Source: Candidatus Liptonbacteria bacterium (GTDB taxonomy: Bacteria; Patescibacteriota; Minisyncoccia; UBA6257; 2-01-FULL-56-20). From it: a DNA stretch of 37,857 nucleotides. Within the stretch, counting starts at the first letter, position 1; each line of letters opens with the position of its first letter. Made by a program: the position numbers and the translations under genes. Positions 14,860 through 23,650 of this stretch are shown piece after piece. The notes under the pieces are model-generated. The model was not told where the DNA came from. It saw nothing but the letters and a program-made list of their open reading frames with translations, and did no database searches. Location: NCBI GenBank assembly GCA_016212635.1, contig JACRFR010000045.1, positions 1 through 37,857 on the forward strand, written 5' to 3'.

Positions 14860-16491
14860 CTAATCGTCCAACCGATCCGGCGGAATACGATAGTAATTCA
14901 AGATGAACTGGGCTAGATCTCGGAAAGCCGGCACCACGGTCAAGCCCGCGAGCGGCGCGCCTTCCGGCTCCACCAGTTTGACCAGAACAACGAACCGAGG
15001 ATCGGCCGCCGGCCCGAAACCGACATAGGTGTTGATTACGCGATCGGTGTAGCCGCCTCGCTGGAAGTCCGGCACAAAAGCGGTGCCCGTTTTCCCGGCC
15101 AGAGCGTAACCCTTGGTTTTGGCTATGCGCGCCTTATCCACGGCGGAAACCATCATTTCAGTCACGGCCGATGCGGTCTCGGGAGATAAAACTCTCCGCA
15201 CCATTTGCGGCTCGGACGCCGCGTTCAGATAGGGCCGCATTAACTTCCCGCCGTTGGCCAAGGTCGCGAAAGCGTTGATCACGTGCAAGGGAGTTACCGC
15301 CACGCCCTGCCCGTAGGAAGCGGTGGCGAAGGTGATCGCCGATACGTGCGGACGAAATAAATTTTGGACGTCGCCCTTGAGCTCGCCCGGCAGATCCACG
15401 CCGGTTTTGTCCCGGAAACCGAACCGCCCCAAGTAATCCTTAAAAATCTCATCGCCGGTTTGACGCTCGGCGAAGGCGGCGCCGGTATTGATCGACTGCT
15501 CGATCACGTTGGTCATGGTCACCCGGCCGTGCGCCTTGAGATCCCAGTTCTTGATCGTCCGGCCGTTCAGCGTCAAGCTGCCGGTATCTACGAACTCGGT
15601 CTCCGGCGTGATCCGGCCGGAATCGATGCCCGCGGCCATGGTAAAGACCTTGAAGACCGAACCCGGCTCGTAGATCTGCTGCACGGTCGGGTTTAGGAAC
15701 CAAGCCACCGGACTCGCGGCATAATTATTAGGGTCGAACTGGGGCACGTTGGCCATGGCAATGATCTGCCCCGTCCGCGGATCTTCCACAATAACCGAGC
15801 CGGACTTGGCACGCTTCTCTCGGACCAAGCTGCTCAAAATTTTCTCCGCCTCCAGCTGGACAGTGGGATCGATGGTCAGGACCACATCCGCGCCCGGCCG
15901 GGGAGCGACCAGTTTGCCGTCCACAAATTGGCCCGGCGCTCCGGCGAGCCGCTCCTCGCTTAATTTTTCCACCCCGTAGCGTCCAGTCTCGGCATCGTTC
16001 TCGTCCGATTGCGATACGAATCCTATCACCTGGGAGGCCACCGGGCCCATGGGGTAATAGCGAGATGGGGCATAAGCCACATACGCTCCTTTGAGATCTA
16101 AGTCGCGCACGCCCTGAACCAGTTCCGGAGCGGCCTTCCGGGCCAATACGCGGTAACTACGGCCGGTCATTTTCTGAATTAGATCCTCCGCGGCCAAATT
16201 GAACAAAGGCGCCAAACGGTGCGCCGCTTCCGGCAAGTCCTCGATTTCTTTGGGTACTACATAAACCGTAGGGAAGTCTTTATTCAAAGCCGCGGGGGTT
16301 TGCTTGCCCGCCGCATCCGTAAAAAAAATACTGCCGCGCTCGGCATCCAAAACGCCGGTCGCGGAATATTGGGTATTGGCTCGGGCTAGGTAGTAACCGC
16401 CTCGGGCGACTTGCAGATCGTAGAGATGAAAGAGAATAGCGCCGTAACCTAGCGCAAGAAAAGCAATAATTAGTGAGAAGCGAATGCCCAT
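14860..16491 (-). CDS. ftsI: Penicillin-binding protein 2/FtsI-type transpeptidase
   Basis: SVFK (SxxK), SIN (SxN) and KTGTA (KTG) motifs, with an N-terminal membrane anchor. Confidence 0.85.
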   Translation of the reverse strand: MGIRFSLIIAFLALGYGAILFHLYDLQVARGGYYLARANTQYSATGVLDAERGSIFFTDAAGKQTPAALNKDFPTVYVVPKEIEDLPEAAHRLAPLFNLAAEDLIQKMTGRSYRVLARKAAPELVQGVRDLDLKGAYVAYAPSRYYPMGPVASQVIGFVSQSDENDAETGRYGVEKLSEERLAGAPGQFVDGKLVAPRPGADVVLTIDPTVQLEAEKILSSLVREKRAKSGSVIVEDPRTGQIIAMANVPQFDPNNYAASPVAWFLNPTVQQIYEPGSVFKVFTMAAGIDSGRITPETEFVDTGSLTLNGRTIKNWDLKAHGRVTMTNVIEQSINTGAAFAERQTGDEIFKDYLGRFGFRDKTGVDLPGELKGDVQNLFRPHVSAITFATASYGQGVAVTPLHVINAFATLANGGKLMRPYLNAASEPQMVRRVLSPETASAVTEMMVSAVDKARIAKTKGYALAGKTGTAFVPDFQRGGYTDRVINTYVGFGPAADPRFVVLVKLVEPEGAPLAGLTVVPAFRDLAQFILNYYRIPPDRLDD

Positions 16492-16790
16492 GAGTATCGG
16501 CCGGCAGCCGCCAAGTACTGCGGTGCCACTTCGCGCACCAGCTGACGAGAGGCTGCGAACTGTTCTAACTTGTGAGTATCGAGTGCCGCCAAGAGCTCCC
16601 CTTTCGTTTCCCCATTGGACGCTTCGATCGCCTGGAGCTTGGTCTTATTTTCGGTCATCTCGTGGCGCAGGTCAACGGTCCGGCTATACAACGCGATCAA
16701 AAGAACCGTGCTTGCGATAAATGCCGCCATTAGAGGCAGGCAGACGTACCAAAATATAGTTATAGGTCTGGCGGGTCGAATTAAGGTCAT
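16470..16790 (-). CDS. FtsL-like single-pass cell division protein
   Basis: 106 aa with one TM helix followed by a coiled coil. It sits between rsmH and ftsI. Confidence 0.55.
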   Translation of the reverse strand: MTLIRPARPITIFWYVCLPLMAAFIASTVLLIALYSRTVDLRHEMTENKTKLQAIEASNGETKGELLAALDTHKLEQFAASRQLVREVAPQYLAAAGRYSWAFASH

Positions 16791-16842
16791 GGTGTTAAAA
16801 GCGAAAAGCGACGAGGGAAGAGCGACGAGCGGTTGTTAATGA

Positions 16843-17712
16843 TTAATGATTAATGATTAATGCTCGGAGCTTGGCGGAGCGGCTGCGGGGATTGGCGCGC
16901 ACCTCCTCGCGACTGGCAGTAACTGGTTTGGGCGTAAGAAGTTCTGCGCATCCGGATCGAGCTAGATCGCGGAAGCTTTGTTTGACTAGACGATCTTCCA
17001 GGGAATGAAAACTGATGATGACGACTCGCCCGCCTGGCGCCAGGAGTTCCGGCAACTCGCCGAGCAGAACGCTCAAGTTATCCAGCTCGCGGTTGGCGTA
17101 CATCCGGAGCGCTTGGAAGGTCCGGGTGGCGGGATGTATCTTGCCGGGTCCCGGCCGAATCGCTCGCGCGATGATTCCGGTTAGCTCGCCGGAAGTGGTA
17201 ATTTTCCCGGCGGACTTGATGGCTCGCGCGATCCGCGGAGCGTAACGTTCCTCCCCATAGGTCCGGATGATCCGGGTCAGATCCGCCTCGGACATCTGCG
17301 GCAGTAGCTTATGGAGCGGCACCGACTGGTCGTCGTAGGTCATCTGGAGCGGTTCGTCCGTCTGGAAACTGAAACCGCGGCCGGAACCGGCCAGCTGTTC
17401 GGACGACAGTCCCAGATCCAGCAGTAAACCGTTCAGCTTTGGTAGTTGGCGCGTCCCTAAGATCGAATCTAGCTCCGCGTAATTGCCGTGAACCCAAATG
17501 GCCCGCACCTTCGGTGCATGAACCGACCGGCGAGTACTATCTAAAAGATTCGAATCCCAGTCCACGCCCAGAAACGTACCGCCCGGAGCCAGGTGCGGCA
17601 GGATAGCGCGGGCATGTCCCCCGCCATCCACCGTGCCGTCGGCGATAAATTCTCCCGGCTTAGGATCCAGATACTGGAGAACTTCCTGTAAAAGAACGGG
17701 AATGTGCATCAC
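16843..17712 (-). CDS. rsmH: 16S rRNA (cytosine1402-N4)-methyltransferase
   Basis: HIPVLLQEVL, DGTVDGGGH and FHSLEDR motifs are present. The 3' end runs through a TAATGAT x3 tandem repeat. Confidence 0.9.
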   Translation of the reverse strand: MMHIPVLLQEVLQYLDPKPGEFIADGTVDGGGHARAILPHLAPGGTFLGVDWDSNLLDSTRRSVHAPKVRAIWVHGNYAELDSILGTRQLPKLNGLLLDLGLSSEQLAGSGRGFSFQTDEPLQMTYDDQSVPLHKLLPQMSEADLTRIIRTYGEERYAPRIARAIKSAGKITTSGELTGIIARAIRPGPGKIHPATRTFQALRMYANRELDNLSVLLGELPELLAPGGRVVIISFHSLEDRLVKQSFRDLARSGCAELLTPKPVTASREEVRANPRSRSAKLRALIINH

Positions 17713-17774
17713 GAAAAGTAAAGAATTATTCTAATTATCCTAATTGTTCTAATGAGAACACCTTCCGTACTTAA

Positions 17775-17800
17775 CTTAGAATAATTAGACTAATTAGTTC
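17775..17800. repeat. Exact inverted copy of the 26-bp sequence at 5996-6021
   Basis: cttagaataattagactaattagttc. Confidence 0.85.
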
Positions 17801-17814
17801 TTTCTTAACTTCCC

Positions 17815-18246
17815 TCATATCCCCAACTCCCCCAACTTCTCCGCGATCTCTTCCGAGGCGCCTTCGGTTTTCTGTTTATATAGCCGCCATACCTCGGAGT
17901 CCCAAATTTCTATGCGATTGTAGAGCCCGGCGACGACCACGGCGCGCTTTAAGCCGGCATACTTGCGCAGGTAGTCCGGTACCAGGATCCGTCCCTGGCT
18001 ATCCAGTTCTACATCCATCGCTCCGGCCAGCATTAAACGCGAGAAGGCGCGGGAGTCGGCCCGGGCCAGCGGCAGAGCCACCAATTTTTCCGCCAAGATC
18101 TGCCACTCTTTAGCGGTAAAGACGAACAGGCAGCTATCCAGGCCGCGGGTGATGATCGCTCCTCCCGTTAACTTTTCCCTAAACTTCGCCGGGATGGCGA
18201 CTCGACCTTTGCTGTCTAAATTGTGTTGATATTCGCCGAGTAGCAT
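17815..18246 (-). CDS. mraZ: Transcriptional regulator MraZ
   Basis: MLLGEYQHNLDSKGRVAIPAKFR, and a second SpoVT/AbrB-like repeat DSQGRILVP. Confidence 0.9.
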   Translation of the reverse strand: MLLGEYQHNLDSKGRVAIPAKFREKLTGGAIITRGLDSCLFVFTAKEWQILAEKLVALPLARADSRAFSRLMLAGAMDVELDSQGRILVPDYLRKYAGLKRAVVVAGLYNRIEIWDSEVWRLYKQKTEGASEEIAEKLGELGI

Positions 18247-18252
18247 GGAAAT

Positions 18253-18337
18253 AGTGAGTGGCGAGTAGCGAGTAGCGTGGCGAGTAGCGAGGACCCATCT
18301 TCCATCTTTCCCTACTCTCTACTCCCTACTCTCTACT
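18253..18337. repeat. Long imperfect hairpin built from GAGTAG / CTACTC hexamer repeats, abutting the mraZ start codon
   Basis: gtgagtggcgagtagcgagtagcgtggcgagtagcgagg opposes ccctactctctactccctactctctac. Confidence 0.7.
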
Positions 18338-18518
18338 TGCTTCTTGATGTGGAGTAGAGGGCAGGCGGTAGGCACGAGGTCGCTGTTTGGCCTGGGGGAG
18401 GTCGACAGTTGGTCTGTCCACCGCCCGCCCTCCGGACTTGTGGTATTTGGGATCTCTTTTTTTATGAGTGCGGTTGGCCGTTGGACCAATCCGTAACTTT
18501 GTCCCCAGAATGGGGTAC

Positions 18519-18585
18519 TTATCCCCAATATTATCCACAATTCCCCACTTGGATATAATGATACCCCACTCGACCCAGACGTCAA
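18519..18585 (-). promoter_or_regulatory. Candidate Pmra promoter (TTGACG-16-TATCAT) followed by three 10-bp-phased MraZ-box-like repeats
   Basis: -35 is the reverse complement of 18580-18585 and -10 the reverse complement of 18558-18563. On the minus strand, 18548-18519 reads GTGGGGAATT GTGGATAATA TTGGGGATAA. Confidence 0.5.
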
Positions 18586-18749
18586 AAAGCGGCTCGGACG
18601 GAATGCGAGCATCGAAAATGTATTGAATTACCTACACTACTCTCCTTTTCGCCCAGCTACTTATCAACAAGTTATGAACTTGCCCCGTCGGGAACAAGCG
18701 GGAGTGGATTCCCCACCCGGTTAAACCACCCATGGGGCGGTTTGTAATT

Positions 18750-18792
18750 TTCCGAGGTCGGGCCTCTAAAATTCCCCGAGGTCCGACCTCTC
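18750..18792. repeat. REP-like hairpin, GAGGTCGGGCC family (copy b)
   Basis: ccgaggtcgggcctc taaaattcccc gaggtccgacctc. Confidence 0.7.
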
Positions 18793-18944
18793 ACATTCAA
18801 TGCCCAACGCTGGGACCAGCGATTTCACTTGGACGTCATTCCGGCCCTCGAGCCGGAATCTACGTCTTGCAAACACGCAAAATATGGATTCGGAAGCAAG
18901 CTCAGAACGACACAAAAACAGTGAGGCGCGCAGGTCCTATTGAA

Positions 18945-19466
18945 TTAACGCAATCCGCGGGATAGCTGATCCAGAGTGGCTTGCAGAGATTGCAACATGG
19001 ACGCGGCCTGGGACCAGCTGGTACTGCCCACTCCGCCGCCGCCTCCCCCGCCACCGGTAGTATCCGCCGCAATCATGAACGGCGCGTCGCTCCAATCCTG
19101 AGCCGATTCTGATTCGCCGCGATAAAGAATCACCTGTATCTTGAAGTCGTCGCCAGTAGTGCTGTTTGAAGGAACCGCGTATTGGGTTGACCCGCTAGCG
19201 GACGAATGACTCATAAAGGGAATCAAATCGATAACGAAACTTGCCCCTTTATAGAGCGCGACTCTTCCCACCCAAGCATCGTCTGGGGCATTGGCAGAAG
19301 ACCATGAGACCGCGTATGTCTTTCCCACCTCCCATCTTTCTCCCCCATTGGGGAAGTGACGGTAATGGTTGGCTGGATAACAGCCGGAGGGGCAACCGTT
19401 ACTGTTTGCCCCGGTACGGAGTTGCAGGGAACCGATGCCTGGGCTTGAGCCGAAGCGGCGACGCAA
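18945..19466 (-). CDS. C-terminal part of the large wall-associated repeat protein (real coding from ~19349 down), separated by a frameshift
   Basis: PNGGERWEVGKTYAVSWSS continues the repeat pattern of the upstream ORF. It ends with DAPFMIAADTTGGGGGGG plus a coiled coil. Confidence 0.6.
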   Translation of the reverse strand: MRRRFGSSPGIGSLQLRTGANSNGCPSGCYPANHYRHFPNGGERWEVGKTYAVSWSSANAPDDAWVGRVALYKGASFVIDLIPFMSHSSASGSTQYAVPSNSTTGDDFKIQVILYRGESESAQDWSDAPFMIAADTTGGGGGGGGVGSTSWSQAASMLQSLQATLDQLSRGLR

Positions 19467-21949
19467 CCCGAGAATGTGGTCGCGGGGCTTAGTGTGCCGC
19501 TCGCGGTCGAGAGCACGTCCGCATACACGTCAATTACCTGCGTGCCACCCGCGGGGATAGTGAGCCAACCGGCAAAAGAGTAGGTGGCATTGGGGGTAAT
19601 TATTGGCACCGTATAGTTCAGCGCCGTACTCCCGGCTTTGACTACCAGATTTTGCAGATTGTTTATGTTAGCTCCTATCTGGATGGTAACCGAGGTCAGG
19701 TTCACCGCGCCGGCCGCGGAAGCGGAGAGGGTGTAGGAACCGATCTTGACGCTCGCGGAGCCAGCCGTCGCGGTTTGATCGCCGACCGCGGAATTCTTGG
19801 AGACAATAACGGTAGGTTGGGGGGCGGGCGCCGTAATCGTAAACGGCTGGTCGCTTTGATCTCCATAGCCCCGCATATTGTCTTCCTCAACTGTTATTTT
19901 GTATCTCCCATTGCCCACTATCTGGGCGATACTGCCTCCGGGTTGTAGGGTTTTGGCGTCCCAGGGATATTCTAAAACGCTATTGGCGACTCCTTCGCTT
20001 CCCGCCATAAAACGCTTTGCGATAAGAGAACTTACGCAGGGAGACACCGTACATTCGCTTAGGTAGATATTGAATCCATCAGGGAATTTCCCGAAGTATT
20101 GCCATTTGATAGAACGAGTTGTCCCTTGCGCCCACATCTCCCCGCCGTTGGGAGAAGTGACGGCTATAGAAGGACTTGAACTCCCGCCGCCCGTGCCTCC
20201 GCCACCACCGCCAGTCGCAGCCGCCGCAATGGTGAATGAGGCATCGCTCCAATCAAAATTGTCGGGGTTGTTGGACTCCAAAATTTTAATTTTGTAATCC
20301 GAGCCAGGCGTCAAGTTACTTGTGTTCCAATTTAAGGAAGGAGGGTTTTTATCGCCACTCACACCCACGCTTTGTACCATCTGATCACCCTTCCATAGCT
20401 CTACACTTATGATACCTATCTGGGAGCCGGAGAATGTCCAAGAGACAACGGCTGGTTCGCCCACCCGCCACACCTCCCCCCTGTTAGGGGAAAGAACAGT
20501 GAGAGAGGAATTCGAGCCTCCGCCTCCCCCGCCACCGGTAGTATCCGCCGCGATCATGAACGGCGCGTCACTGGTATCCGAGGCAATTGGCACTCCTCGG
20601 GAATCGGTGTAATCAATTTCCAAATAATGCTGACCTCCGGACAGCGCCCTTTCCGGGATCGTCAGCGTAAAGGTCGGATAATCCAAAGTCGGACTGCGGA
20701 AGCGGATCACGGAATAAGTGATGCCATAGCCGCTCGAATTGCCCAAAAGTTGTTTGGGGCTGTTTTTCAGATACACGAAGTAAAGTCGATTAGGGTCGGA
20801 GCTTGGGAAAGAACCCGTCCGGTTCCAACTCACCGTAATGTTCTGCTCGGGACGGAATGTTTCCCCGCCATTAGGGGAAGTGACGGTTAGGGACGGACTG
20901 CCGGTGTCCAGATTTTCGCACCGCGGTATCCGACAGCCATTCGCGTCGGTAGACCACCTTACTGTTTGCCCCGGTGTGCACGCTAGCTCCGGCGATAGCG
21001 GACACGCTGAAATTTGCGCGGTAACCATAAACGGCTGGTCGCTAGCATCAAAAACCAGCTGGCTGCCCAGATAGGATTTTATCTCCAGAGTATACTTGCC
21101 CGGCTCCAGATTAGCCGGCACGGTTATTTGAGCCGAGCCGGTGTTGGGTACATCACTGGCTAAGTTTATCTCCCGATTATTAGCACTGCTGCGCAGTCGG
21201 ATAACCGACAACTTGTGGCTGGCCGGCAGATCTCGCGAACTCCAAGTAACGGTCTGGCTGCTGCCCACTGTCCACGCCTCTCCGCCGTTGGGGGAGAGAA
21301 CGGTTAGGGTGGGTCGAGTGGGAGTGGGAGTGGGAGTGGGAGCGGGAGACGCAGGGCACTGTGCGAACTCACAGCTGGGACCGGTTCGGGAAACATAAGA
21401 ACCGTCCGAGCAAAGCTTGGCGTCCTGGGTGCAAGCAACCGAGGAAATTGGAGGGGGAGAAACTCTTGTGTTCGTACCGCACCCATAAAGCGTGTTTAGC
21501 TTCGCTCTCGTGCGGCCACCGAGGTAGCCGGTGCCGGATTTAAGACCAGCCGGGGTTAGGATTTCGCTTCGGTATTTTTCCTGAAAAGTGGACACAGCGG
21601 AGGCGACTTCTTCGTCAAACTCTCTTGGGTTTTGCCCTATCGATTCACCCATCGCGCCGCCACCTCCAGCGCCAGGCGATAACAACTCCTCTCTGATCAG
21701 CGCCCCTACAAGGTGGCTAACTTCTGCGTTTTCGTCCCCTATCCTCAAATTAGCATTGAACGCGTGACACCACGCGGCGGACGAGTCACCTTGCGCCTGT
21801 CGTAGTTGTGCCTGGAGTGTCGCGACCTGTGCCAAGAGTGTCCGAAGCTGGGCTTGCAGGTCCGCCACCGACGGAGCCGCTTGGCTGATTAAAGGAAAAA
21901 CGACCGCCCCAACCAAGAGCCACCGCCAGGATCCGGCTGGAAAACGCAT
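19223..21949 (-). CDS. Secreted wall-associated protein: signal peptide, coiled coil, PG_binding_1-like domain, then 5-6 Ig-like SPNGGE-W-xG repeats joined by poly-Gly and PT linkers
   Basis: MRFPAGSWRWLLVGAVVFPLISQA signal peptide. FDEEVASAVSTFQEKY...GYLGGRTRAKL is peptidoglycan-binding-like. The motifs LTVLSPNGGEAWTVG, LTVTSPNGGETF and IAVTSPNGGEMW repeat. Confidence 0.7.
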   Translation of the reverse strand: MRFPAGSWRWLLVGAVVFPLISQAAPSVADLQAQLRTLLAQVATLQAQLRQAQGDSSAAWCHAFNANLRIGDENAEVSHLVGALIREELLSPGAGGGGAMGESIGQNPREFDEEVASAVSTFQEKYRSEILTPAGLKSGTGYLGGRTRAKLNTLYGCGTNTRVSPPPISSVACTQDAKLCSDGSYVSRTGPSCEFAQCPASPAPTPTPTPTRPTLTVLSPNGGEAWTVGSSQTVTWSSRDLPASHKLSVIRLRSSANNREINLASDVPNTGSAQITVPANLEPGKYTLEIKSYLGSQLVFDASDQPFMVTAQISACPLSPELACTPGQTVRWSTDANGCRIPRCENLDTGSPSLTVTSPNGGETFRPEQNITVSWNRTGSFPSSDPNRLYFVYLKNSPKQLLGNSSGYGITYSVIRFRSPTLDYPTFTLTIPERALSGGQHYLEIDYTDSRGVPIASDTSDAPFMIAADTTGGGGGGGSNSSLTVLSPNRGEVWRVGEPAVVSWTFSGSQIGIISVELWKGDQMVQSVGVSGDKNPPSLNWNTSNLTPGSDYKIKILESNNPDNFDWSDASFTIAAAATGGGGGGTGGGSSSPSIAVTSPNGGEMWAQGTTRSIKWQYFGKFPDGFNIYLSECTVSPCVSSLIAKRFMAGSEGVANSVLEYPWDAKTLQPGGSIAQIVGNGRYKITVEEDNMRGYGDQSDQPFTITAPAPQPTVIVSKNSAVGDQTATAGSASVKIGSYTLSASAAGAVNLTSVTIQIGANINNLQNLVVKAGSTALNYTVPIITPNATYSFAGWLTIPAGGTQVIDVYADVLSTASGTLSPATTFSGCVAASAQAQASVPCNSVPGQTVTVAPPAVIQPTITVTSPMGEKDGRWERHTRSHGLLPMPQTMLGWEESRSIKGQVSLSI

Positions 21950-22008
21950 GCTGTAATTATAAATAGGTTATTTAAATAGGGGTGTCTGACGAGGACACCA
22001 ATGTGCTT

Positions 22009-22037
22009 AATATACGCCTTTTGCCAAACTCCGTCAA
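22009..22037 (-). promoter_or_regulatory. Candidate promoter for the large surface protein (TTGACG-17-TATATT)
   Basis: -35 is the reverse complement of 22032-22037 and -10 the reverse complement of 22009-22014. Confidence 0.45.
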
Positions 22038-22083
22038 AAACCACGGGGCGACCCGGGGCGACCTTCGTGCTGTCATATAGCTT

Positions 22084-22123
22084 CCGAGGTCGGGCCTTGG
22101 GGAATTCTTAAGGCCCGACCTCG
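22084..22123. repeat. REP-like hairpin, GAGGTCGGGCC family (copy c, inverted loop)
   Basis: ccgaggtcgggcctt ggggaattctt aaggcccgacctcg. Confidence 0.7.
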
Positions 22124-22188
22124 ATGAATTCGAACCCCGCATCTTATTTCCGCCGGCTCATGAGTAGTGGCTGATTGAGGACGGCGTT

Positions 22189-22318
22189 GCGCTGTTCGAA
22201 AACATTGATTCCCCCGCTTGCCGAGTGTCATCCCGGGCTTGACCCGGGATCCAGTGACTAAGGAAACCTGGATTCCGGCTTTCGCCGGAATGACAAACCT
22301 GGGGTTTTCGAACAGCGC
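22189..22318. mobile_element. MITE family 1, copy 1 (15-bp TIR GCGCTGTTCGAAAAC; 9-bp TSD GGACGGCGT)
   Basis: The TIRs at 22189-22203 and 22304-22318 are perfect reverse complements. GGACGGCGT is present at 22179-22187 and 22320-22328. Confidence 0.8.
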
Positions 22319-22460
22319 CGGACGGCGTAGAATTCCTCCGCGGGTAGGTTGTAATTTCCCGAAGTCGAACTTCTCAAGCGCTGATTTGCGCAGAAAAGTC
22401 CCGACCTTTAAATATCAGTTACCTCGGCAACGATCCCGTCGCAACTCCAGCCACACCCAT

Positions 22461-22494
22461 GTCCCGATAATACGCTCCAGCGTATTATCGGGAC
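22461..22494 (-). terminator. 15-bp perfect-stem hairpin downstream of ridA (no U-tract)
   Basis: gtcccgataatacgc tcca gcgtattatcgggac. Confidence 0.35.
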
Positions 22495-22527
22495 ACATCT
22501 ATCCGACTCGCCATAAGGTTTTCGGTG

Positions 22528-22914
22528 CTACCCCAACACGCAATCGGCCTCGGTTTCTACCAGCCAGTCTGGGCGGATGAATCCTCTGACTTCGACAAAG
22601 GTGCAGGCTGGTCGTATTTCCGAAAAAAACTCTCCATGTGCCCGAGCGGCTTCCTGCCGCCGAGAGATATCGGTCAGCATAATTCTGGTTCGGATAACAT
22701 GCTCCAACTTTCCGCCCGCTTCTTCAATCGCTTTCTGGGTGATTTCCAGGCAACGCTTAGTCTGACCATAAACATCGCCGGGACAGGCTGTCGTGCCGTC
22801 CAGTGCAAGCGGTGCCGTGCCCGCTACCGCAATTATGTCCCCGATCCGCACCGCCCGGGAGAAACCGATCGGCTGTTCTAGCGGCGAACCGGAGGAAATA
22901 TTAATCCTGGACAT
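22528..22914 (-). CDS. RidA/YjgF/UK114-family protein
   Basis: 128 aa. GFSRAVRIGDIIAVAGT...GDVYGQTKRCLEI...TFVEV is the typical Rid-family pattern. Confidence 0.8.
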   Translation of the reverse strand: MSRINISSGSPLEQPIGFSRAVRIGDIIAVAGTAPLALDGTTACPGDVYGQTKRCLEITQKAIEEAGGKLEHVIRTRIMLTDISRRQEAARAHGEFFSEIRPACTFVEVRGFIRPDWLVETEADCVLG

Positions 22915-22937
22915 TTTCGTGTTTGGCGATCATTTAG

Positions 22938-23009
22938 TGGGCGTTGCTGGGATCGGACCAGCGGCCTCTTCGATGTGAACGAAGCGCTCTACCACTGAGC
23001 TAAACGCCC
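22938..23009 (-). tRNA. tRNA-Val (anticodon CAC)
   Basis: In the reverse complement: acceptor GGGCGTT/AACGCCC, D-arm GCTC-AGTGGT-AGAGC, anticodon loop TTCACAT. Confidence 0.85.
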
Positions 23010-23030
23010 CTTTTCTCTCTATTTTTATAA

Positions 23031-23060
23031 CAGAAAAGGCACCGGCTTTCAACCAGTGCC
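23031..23060 (-). terminator. Rho-independent terminator after rplL
   Basis: On the minus strand: GGCACTGG-TTGAAAG-CCGGTGCC followed by TTTTCTG. Confidence 0.65.
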
Positions 23061-23101
23061 CTTTCGCAAGGATTCGCGTTTAGATTCGCACGGATTCGCT
23101 T

Positions 23102-23467
23102 CTATTCGATAGCCACGGTCGCGCCGGCCGTCTCAAACTTCTTCTTCATTTCTTCCGCCTCCTCATTTTTCATGCCCTCCTTGACCATCTTGGGGGCACC
23201 TTCCACCAGGTCCTTGGCTTCCTTGAGACCGAGCGCGGTCACCTCGCGGACCACCTTGATCACATCGATTTTCTTGTCCCCCACCGCCTTCAGAACCACG
23301 TTGAAAGTATCTTTTACCTCCGCCGCAGCCCCCGCGCCAGCCGCCGGAGCCGCCATCGCCGCAGCCGACACGCCGAATTTCTCCTCCAGGACTTTTACCA
23401 GTTCGGCGAGTTCCACCACGGTGAGCGCTTCGATTTTCTTGATTAAGTCTTCGAATTTATTGTCCAT
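23102..23467 (-). CDS. rplL: 50S ribosomal protein L7/L12
   Basis: Ala-rich hinge plus C-terminal [19 protein letters not shown]. Confidence 0.95.
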   Translation of the reverse strand: MDNKFEDLIKKIEALTVVELAELVKVLEEKFGVSAAAMAAPAAGAGAAAEVKDTFNVVLKAVGDKKIDVIKVVREVTALGLKEAKDLVEGAPKMVKEGMKNEEAEEMKKKFETAGATVAIE

Positions 23468-23520
23468 TTTATAATTATCAACGAATTGCGAACTGGTTGC
23501 GAATTTTCGAATTCAATTCT

Positions 23521-23592
23521 TCGAGGTCGGGCCTCAAAAATCCCCGACCGTGCCCGCCGTAGCTTTTCAGCGTAGGCGGGAGGCCCGACCTC
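23521..23592. repeat. REP-like hairpin, GAGGTCGGGCC family (copy d, with nested second hairpin) in the rplJ-rplL spacer
   Basis: tcgaggtcgggcctc ... gcccgccgtagc ttttca gcgtaggcggg ... gaggcccgacctc. Confidence 0.7.
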
Positions 23593-23650
23593 TAACATTC
23601 AGATTCGTAGATTCGCAACAGATTCTTTATTCGTTGATGTTAATTATTAC

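Noticed and set aside
16840-16862. TAATGAT x3 heptamer repeat at the rsmH stop as a regulatory element
   Set aside because: It is too short and AT-rich to distinguish from chance. It simply encodes the C-terminal IINH plus stop codons. Noted only in the rsmH evidence.
18319-18965. ORFs 18319-18612(-), 18326-18538(-) and 18732-18965(+) in the long spacer upstream of mraZ
   Set aside because: They overlap the predicted mraZ promoter and operator, a REP-like hairpin and a GTCATTCCGG repeat. They have no start context or protein-like features. The 700-bp spacer is better explained as regulatory and repeat DNA.
19223-21949. Large repeat protein as a diversity-generating retroelement target, or an adhesin with a variable region
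   Set aside because: No reverse transcriptase and no template/variable repeat pair with adenine-specific differences were seen in the window. The internal repeats are ordinary domain and linker repeats.
22218-22580. 120-aa plus-strand ORF starting MPSVIPGLTRDP
   Set aside because: It is encoded by MITE family 1 copy 1 and adjacent hairpins. VIPGLTRDP-type peptides are the usual translation of GTCATCCCGGGCTTGACCCGGGATCC repeats.
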